Assembly (NCBI GenBank): GCA_963802945.1 | Contig: CAWDKY010000015.1 | Location: 192,001-256,000 of the forward strand | Reading direction: 5' to 3' | Length of the DNA: 64,000 bases | From: an uncultured delta proteobacterium | Lineage (GTDB): Bacteria; Desulfobacterota; RBG-13-43-22 | Program-made: the position numbers and the translations under genes | Shown: piece by piece, positions 58,868 to 64,000 of the stretch | Numbering within the stretch: the first letter of the stretch is position 1 | How the letters are laid out: every line of letters starts with the position of its first letter | The notes under the pieces: generated by a model | Told to the model about the DNA's origin: nothing | What the model saw: only the letters and a program-made list of their open reading frames with translations | Database searches by the model: none

Positions 58868-61321
58868 TTGACCCCCAAAAAAATACAACGAAAAGAAAAA
58901 GAAGAACTTCGGATCGGGGTCTATGTTTGTCATTGCGGATTAAATATCGGCGGGGTGGTGGACTGTGCCCAGGTGGCCGAGTTTGCCGCTGGTCTGCCGG
59001 GAGTGGTTTTGGCCAAAGATAATCTTTATACCTGCTCCGAACCGGGGCAGGAATTGATCAAGGCCGATATTAAAGAACAGCGACTGAATCGGGTGGTAGT
59101 GGCCTCCTGCACCCCACGCCTGCACGAGCCGACCTTTCGGGCCGCCTGCGAAGATGCCGGGTTAAATCCCTATCTTTTTGAGATGGCTAATATTCGGGAA
59201 CACTGCTCCTGGGTTCACCTCCACGAGAAGGAAGCCGCCACTGAAAAGGCCAAAGACCTGGTCCGTATGGCTGTGGCCCGTTCCAGATTATTGGCCGCCC
59301 AGGAAACCTTTGAAGTCCCCGTTACCCGCAAGGCCCTGGTTATCGGAGGCGGGGTGGCCGGCATTCAGGCCGCTCTGGACCTGGCAGACAGCGGCTACAA
59401 GGTCTATCTGGTGGAAAAAGATCCCAGTATCGGCGGCCGCATGGCCCAGATCGACAAGACCTTCCCGACCATGGATTGCTCCATCTGCATCCTGGCCCCC
59501 AAGATGTCCGAGGCCGGAAGGCATCCCAACATCGAGCTTTTGACCATGAGCGAGATCGAAGGCGTTGAAGGTTATGTGGGTAATTTTACCGTTCAGGTCC
59601 GAAAGAAAGCCCGTTTCGTCACCAATTCCTGTACGGCCTGCGGCGACTGCGTCAAGGTCTGCCCGCAGGTGGCCCCTGATGAATTCAACGCCGGACTCTC
59701 CATGCGCCGGGCCATCTACATGTCTTTTGCCCAGGCCGTTCCCTCCACCTATCAGATCGATATGGAACTGTGTCTCAACAAACACGGCATGGTGGCCTGT
59801 GACAAATGTTTCCAGGCCTGTGAACGACAGTGCGTGGATTATTCCCAGAAGGATGAAACCCTGACCTTGGATGTGGGGACCATCGTCGTGGCCACCGGAG
59901 TGGATGTTTATGATCCAACGCCCTTGACTGAATTCGGCTACCGCAAGTTCCCCAATGTCATCACCAGCCTGGAATTCGAGCGTCTGATCAATGCTGGCGG
60001 GCCTTCCGGAGGGAATCTTATCCGGCCGTCGGATCAACAACTCCCCAAGACCGTGGCCTTTCTTCAATGCATAGGTTCCCGTTCCAAGCGATCTAATATT
60101 TATTGCAGTAACATCTGCTGCATGAATACCATCAAGGACGCCCTGCTGATCAAGGAACACTGGCCGGAAACCAAAATCTTGGTCTTTTACATCGATATCC
60201 GGGCCTTTGGAAAAGGTTTTGAAGACCTGTTCCAGCGGGCCCGCAGGGAAGGGGTCTCTTTTATCCGCGGGGTCCCCGGAGAGATCATCGAGGACCCAGA
60301 GACCAACGGTCTGACCTTGATCGGTGAGGATACGCTCCTTTCCCAGCTCTACCGCTATGAAGTGGATATGGCCATCCTTTCCGTGGGAATCGAACCGAGG
60401 AAAGACAGTCCGGTCATCCAGCGGCTTTTAAATATCTCCTGTGCAGCCGATGGTTTTTTCCTTGAGGCTCATCCCAAACTCCGCCCGGTGGATACCCCTA
60501 CCAGTGGGATCTTTCTGGCCGGTTGTGCCGAAGGCCCAAAAGACATCAAGGATTCGGTCACCCAGGCCAGTGCGGCCGCTTCCCGGGCCAATATTTTGAT
60601 GGCCCAGGGGAAGGTCAATGTGGAGGCTATTACCGCTGTCGTTGATGAAACGCTCTGTCAAGGATGCGGTCTGTGTGTTAAGGTCTGTCCTTTTTCGGCC
60701 ATTCGGGAGGACCCGGAAACCAAGATCGTCCAAGTGACCCAGGCCTCCTGCGCCGGATGCGGAACCTGTGTGGCTGAGTGCCCCTTTTCGGCCATCACGC
60801 AAAGGCATTTTACCGATCAACAGATCTATGCCCAGATCGATGCCGTCACAGAAGAAGCACCGGAGACCAAAGCCGTAGCCTTTTGCTGCAACTGGTGCTC
60901 TTATGCCGGGGCGGATTTTGCCGGCGTCAGCCGTGTGCAATATCCTACCCCCATTCGGATCATCCGCACCATGTGCTCCGGAAGGATCAGTACCGATTTT
61001 ATTGAATACGCTTTCCGCAAGGGTGCGGCTGCGGTCCTGGTTTCCGGTTGTCACATCGGAGACTGCCATTATATCAACGCCAATCACCAGACCGAAAAAA
61101 GGGTGAATCGTGTCTGGAAAAAAATGGAACGTTTAGGATTGGACAAAAACCGTCTCCAACTTGCTTGGATCAGTGCAGCCGAAGGCAATCTTTTCGCCAG
61201 GAAGATGAAGGAAATGGATGAGATCATAAAAGGAGTCAGGGCCGAGGAGATTGAAAAGACCAAACAGGTCCTGGTCCCGAAGAAAAAAGGAAAAGGGGAA
61301 AAGCCGGAACCTAAAGATTAA
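58868..61321 (+). CDS. hdrA: Heterodisulfide reductase subunit A fused to C-terminal MvhD
   Basis: GVYVCHCG, IGGGVAG, KTFPTMDCSIC, QCIGSR, CSNICC, GPKDI; MvhD motifs FCCNWCSYAGAD, MCSGR, GCHIGDCHY, WISAAEG. Confidence 0.93.
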   Translation: MTPKKIQRKEKEELRIGVYVCHCGLNIGGVVDCAQVAEFAAGLPGVVLAKDNLYTCSEPGQELIKADIKEQRLNRVVVASCTPRLHEPTFRAACEDAGLNPYLFEMANIREHCSWVHLHEKEAATEKAKDLVRMAVARSRLLAAQETFEVPVTRKALVIGGGVAGIQAALDLADSGYKVYLVEKDPSIGGRMAQIDKTFPTMDCSICILAPKMSEAGRHPNIELLTMSEIEGVEGYVGNFTVQVRKKARFVTNSCTACGDCVKVCPQVAPDEFNAGLSMRRAIYMSFAQAVPSTYQIDMELCLNKHGMVACDKCFQACERQCVDYSQKDETLTLDVGTIVVATGVDVYDPTPLTEFGYRKFPNVITSLEFERLINAGGPSGGNLIRPSDQQLPKTVAFLQCIGSRSKRSNIYCSNICCMNTIKDALLIKEHWPETKILVFYIDIRAFGKGFEDLFQRARREGVSFIRGVPGEIIEDPETNGLTLIGEDTLLSQLYRYEVDMAILSVGIEPRKDSPVIQRLLNISCAADGFFLEAHPKLRPVDTPTSGIFLAGCAEGPKDIKDSVTQASAAASRANILMAQGKVNVEAITAVVDETLCQGCGLCVKVCPFSAIREDPETKIVQVTQASCAGCGTCVAECPFSAITQRHFTDQQIYAQIDAVTEEAPETKAVAFCCNWCSYAGADFAGVSRVQYPTPIRIIRTMCSGRISTDFIEYAFRKGAAAVLVSGCHIGDCHYINANHQTEKRVNRVWKKMERLGLDKNRLQLAWISAAEGNLFARKMKEMDEIIKGVRAEEIEKTKQVLVPKKKGKGEKPEPKD

Positions 61322-61340
61322 ATCATTGGGAATCCTTTAA

Positions 61341-61808
61341 ATGATCAAAAGTATATGGGAACTTTTTAATAAGGAAGACCTTTTTGAATGTTACCAGTGC
61401 GCCCGCTGTACAGGCAGTTGCCCGGCGGCCATGGTGCTGAAATGCTATGGGCCCCGGGAAACCCTGCTTCGCTGCCTGAATTTGGGTCAGGAAGCGGTTA
61501 TTACCGACGAACGGATCTGGTACTGTACCACCTGCCAGGTCTGTGAAGACCGCTGTCCCCAGGAAATCAATATCTCCGAATTATTGACGGCCATTTTTAA
61601 CCTGGCGGCTCAGCGCGGCAATCTTCCTGAAAAAATAAAATTTAGTGCGGATATGATCGCCAAGACCGGCCGAAGTCTGATTGTCAACGAAAAGGTTATG
61701 AAGGACCGAAAGAAACTGGCCTTGCCTCCTTTGGAGCCTTTAAACCTCGAGGAAATAGAAGGGATTTTGAAGAAAACGGGGCTTAATGAAGAAATAGAAT
61801 TGGGTTAA
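61341..61808 (+). CDS. hdrC: Heterodisulfide reductase subunit C
   Basis: CYQCARCTGSCP and WYCTTCQVCEDRCP; lies between hdrA and hdrB. Confidence 0.88.
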   Translation: MIKSIWELFNKEDLFECYQCARCTGSCPAAMVLKCYGPRETLLRCLNLGQEAVITDERIWYCTTCQVCEDRCPQEINISELLTAIFNLAAQRGNLPEKIKFSADMIAKTGRSLIVNEKVMKDRKKLALPPLEPLNLEEIEGILKKTGLNEEIELG

Positions 61809-61936
61809 AGATGACTTCGTAAAAAATCTATCTGCGGTGCTGCGCTTCATCCTTCGTTATTGCGACGTACTTCTATGTACGCTCATTCATCAGGGCTTGT
61901 GCACCTTGCATCTGGATCTTTTTTCAAAGTCATCTT
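61808..61936. mobile_element. 129-bp MITE-like element between hdrC and hdrB
   Basis: AAGATGACTTCGTAAAAA vs reverse-complemented right end AAGATGACTTTGAAAAAA (16/18); internal GCGACGTAC..GTACGC hairpin. Confidence 0.75.
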
Positions 61937-61964
61937 GCTTTTAATCTTTAAGAGATATTCGATA

Positions 61965-62864
61965 ATGAAATATGCATTTTTTTTAGGATGTGTCATCCCG
62001 GTCAAATATCCGGGATTTGAAAAGGCCACCCGGGAAGTGATGAAGGCCCTGGATATTGAACTGGTGGATATTCCTTTTTCCTGCTGTCCGGCCCCCACCA
62101 CTATGAAGCTGACCCATTACGATACCTGGTTGGCCCTGGCTGCCCGCAATCTCTGCCTGGCCGAAGAGGCCGGGCTTCCGATATTGGCTATGTGCAACGG
62201 CTGTATCAATACCCTGAAGGAAGTCAACCTGATTTTAAAAGAGGACCTTCAAAGACGCAACCAGGTCAATCAGGCCTTGGAAGGGTCCGGCCATTTTTTT
62301 AAAGGGACCATTGAGGTGAAACATCTTCTGGATGTACTTTATAAAGAAATCGGATTGGAGCGAATCGCCGAGAAGGTCTGGCATCCTTTGGACGGGATAA
62401 GGATCGGATGTCATTACGGCTGTCATCTATACCGTCCTCCCAGACTCATGTATCCTGATGAGCTGTCGGAAGCGGCCAGCTATGTACCGGTCAGTATGGA
62501 TCAAATCCTGGAGGTGTTGGGGGCCAAGCCGACCCAATATTCCAGAAAATTTCTTTGCTGCGGGTCGGCCTTGGGGACCAACATTGATGCCCAGGCGGCT
62601 AATGAGATCACCCGGGAAAAATTGCAACATATGAAAAAACATCGTATAGAGGCCGTGGCCGTGTCCTGTCCATCCTGTTTTTCCCAGTTCGACCGGGGCC
62701 AAATGATGCTGGAAAGAAAACATCATGACGGCTTTGGCTTACCCACTTTCTTTATTTCCCAGCTCCTTGGCCTGGCCTTCGGCCTGGACCGGGCCAATCT
62801 CGGACTGGGAGACCATCGCATCAGTCTCCAGCCCATTCTGGATCGGATCGGGCGGTCTTCTTGA
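61965..62864 (+). CDS. hdrB: Heterodisulfide reductase subunit B
   Basis: YAFFLGC, FSCCP, CNGC, HYGCH, CCG, CPSC..QFD (two CCG domains). Confidence 0.92.
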   Translation: MKYAFFLGCVIPVKYPGFEKATREVMKALDIELVDIPFSCCPAPTTMKLTHYDTWLALAARNLCLAEEAGLPILAMCNGCINTLKEVNLILKEDLQRRNQVNQALEGSGHFFKGTIEVKHLLDVLYKEIGLERIAEKVWHPLDGIRIGCHYGCHLYRPPRLMYPDELSEAASYVPVSMDQILEVLGAKPTQYSRKFLCCGSALGTNIDAQAANEITREKLQHMKKHRIEAVAVSCPSCFSQFDRGQMMLERKHHDGFGLPTFFISQLLGLAFGLDRANLGLGDHRISLQPILDRIGRSS

Positions 62865-62889
62865 CAAAAGGGAAATAAATTCCTATATT
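62861..62889 (+). promoter_or_regulatory. Sigma70-type promoter upstream of the HesB-like gene, overlapping the hdrB stop
   Basis: TTGACA-17 bp-TATATT. Confidence 0.6.
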
Positions 62890-62958
62890 AAAAACCAACC
62901 AAAGATATTTGAATGATTTATCCTTAATTCTGAGACGAATTAAAGAGAGAAAATAGGT

Positions 62959-63013
62959 TGGAGTAATGGAGCGATGGAATAATGGTTTAAAAACAAATAC
63001 TCCATCACTCCAA
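62959..63013. repeat. Inverted octamer-repeat hairpin (TGGAGTAA)n / (TACTCCA)n
   Basis: TGGAGTAA-TGGAGCGA-TGGAATAA arm and TACTCCA-TCACTCCAA arm. Confidence 0.65.
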
Positions 63014-63069
63014 TGGATTATAAATAAGAATCTCTATAAAAATTTTTAATATTATCGAAAGGAAATTTA

Positions 63070-63387
63070 ATGTTAACCATAACCGAACCCGCACAAGCGG
63101 CCATCAAGGATCATTTTGAAAAACAAAAAATCAGCTCGGCCATCAGGATTTTTTTAAGCCACGGCGGCTGATCGGGGGCGTCGCTGGCCCTGGCTCTGGA
63201 TGAGTCGAAAGAAAGCGATAACGTATATGATATCAATGGAATTACTTATCTAATAGACAAAGCGTTGTCTGAACAGGCCAAAGAGGTTAAGGTGGATTTC
63301 ATAAATTCTAATGGACGATCCGGATTTTCCGTCACTTCGGCCTTGAATTTGGGCGGAAGTTCCTGCGGCAGTTCGTGCAGTTGTTAA
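63070..63387 (+). CDS. HesB/IscA-family selenoprotein (Sec at codon 34)
   Basis: MLTITEPAQAAIK..IRIFLSHGG-TGA-SGASLALALDE..YLIDKAL..VDF..GFSVTS..CGSSCSC; AAAGGA RBS; absent from ORF track. Confidence 0.9.
63181..63218 (+). promoter_or_regulatory. Putative bacterial SECIS element
   Basis: TCGCT/AGCGA lower stem and GGCTC-TGGAT-GAGTC upper hairpin starting 10 nt after the TGA. Confidence 0.65.
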
Positions 63388-63413
63388 AAAAATGTCGGTG
63401 AATTTTCTTGGGG

Positions 63414-63448
63414 AGGGGCAGGGTTAATAACCCGCCCCTTTGTTTTTT
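63414..63448 (+). terminator. Rho-independent terminator
   Basis: AGGGGCAGGGTT-AAT-AACCCGCCCCT stem followed by TTGTTTTTT. Confidence 0.8.
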
Positions 63449-63489
63449 ATTTGAACCCTTGAATCCTCGAATCCTTGACCCCTACTCCG

Positions 63490-64000
63490 TTACAATTCCA
63501 ACGGCTGGGCCTTTTTTACTGAAGGCAGGGCGATAAGTTCTTTAAGGGCCGGGTCTGTAACGGGCTGACCCGTGGTCAAAAGGATAATATTTTCTCCCTT
63601 TTCTTTTTCCTGTCCCACCTGCATCTGTTCAATATTGACTTGATGTTTTCCCAGGGTTGTTCCGATACTCCCGATCACCCCGGGCTTGTCTTCATTGTAG
63701 ATCAGGAGCATGTGCCCCTCGGGAACAGCCTCTAAGCGAAACTTGTTCAAGCGAACAATCCGAGGTTCATATTTACCGAAAAGGGTGCCGGAGATGGAAC
63801 TTTCCATCTTCTGGGTCTTTACCCTCAAGGTAATCAGATTTAAGAAATCAGCAGACGTGTCGGTTTTGGATTCGATCACCTTTATTCCTCGATCGCGGGC
63901 CAAAATCGGGGCATTGACAAAATTAACCACATCCTTCAGGGCCGGAGTCAAAAGTCCTTTAAGCACGGAAACGGTCAACGGCTTGGTATCGAATCCGGCC
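63490..64000 (-). CDS. serA: D-3-phosphoglycerate dehydrogenase, C-terminal ASB and ACT domains (partial)
   Basis: VNFVNAP.LARDRGI, GTLFG, NEDKPGVIGSIGTTLG..VNI..MQVG. Confidence 0.9.
   Translation of the reverse strand, partial: AGFDTKPLTVSVLKGLLTPALKDVVNFVNAPILARDRGIKVIESKTDTSADFLNLITLRVKTQKMESSISGTLFGKYEPRIVRLNKFRLEAVPEGHMLLIYNEDKPGVIGSIGTTLGKHQVNIEQMQVGQEKEKGENIILLTTGQPVTDPALKELIALPSVKKAQPLEL

Noticed and set aside
1682-61087. Long antisense ORFs (1682..2542, 8120..8914, 56210..56839, 59288..60160, 60428..61087)
   Set aside because: Shadows of well-supported genes with no motifs of their own.

Overview
Chromosomal window from an anaerobic deltaproteobacterium (Desulfobacterota-like; inferred from gene content and intergenic repeat types). 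About 4.3-13.8 kb is an accessory patchwork: an orphan antitoxin behind a toxin stub, an NspV-like type II R-M pair, alkyl sulfatase, TauE, NUDIX and SDR genes, three copies of a ~105-bp terminal-inverted-repeat element, and attC-like stubs. The rest is mostly core metabolism: a cysteine synthase-CysRS fusion operon, glmS with a half-length glmU, a family III CoA-transferase pair divergent from ACD alpha-type genes, a broken DUF47-pit pair, a Wzm/Wzt polysaccharide cluster, rpoZ-moaC-dksA, YifB/PBP1A, an atypical TatC, pgi, rarA, a stand-alone EF-G, and a kor-hdrA/mvhD-hdrC-hdrB run. A HesB/IscA selenoprotein gene (in-frame TGA plus SECIS-like hairpin) is absent from the ORF track. At least nine single-base frameshifts, most in short base runs and one in glmS, suggest assembly errors. 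No CRISPR array, rRNA or tRNA was seen. All family calls come from motif recognition by eye; no searches were run.
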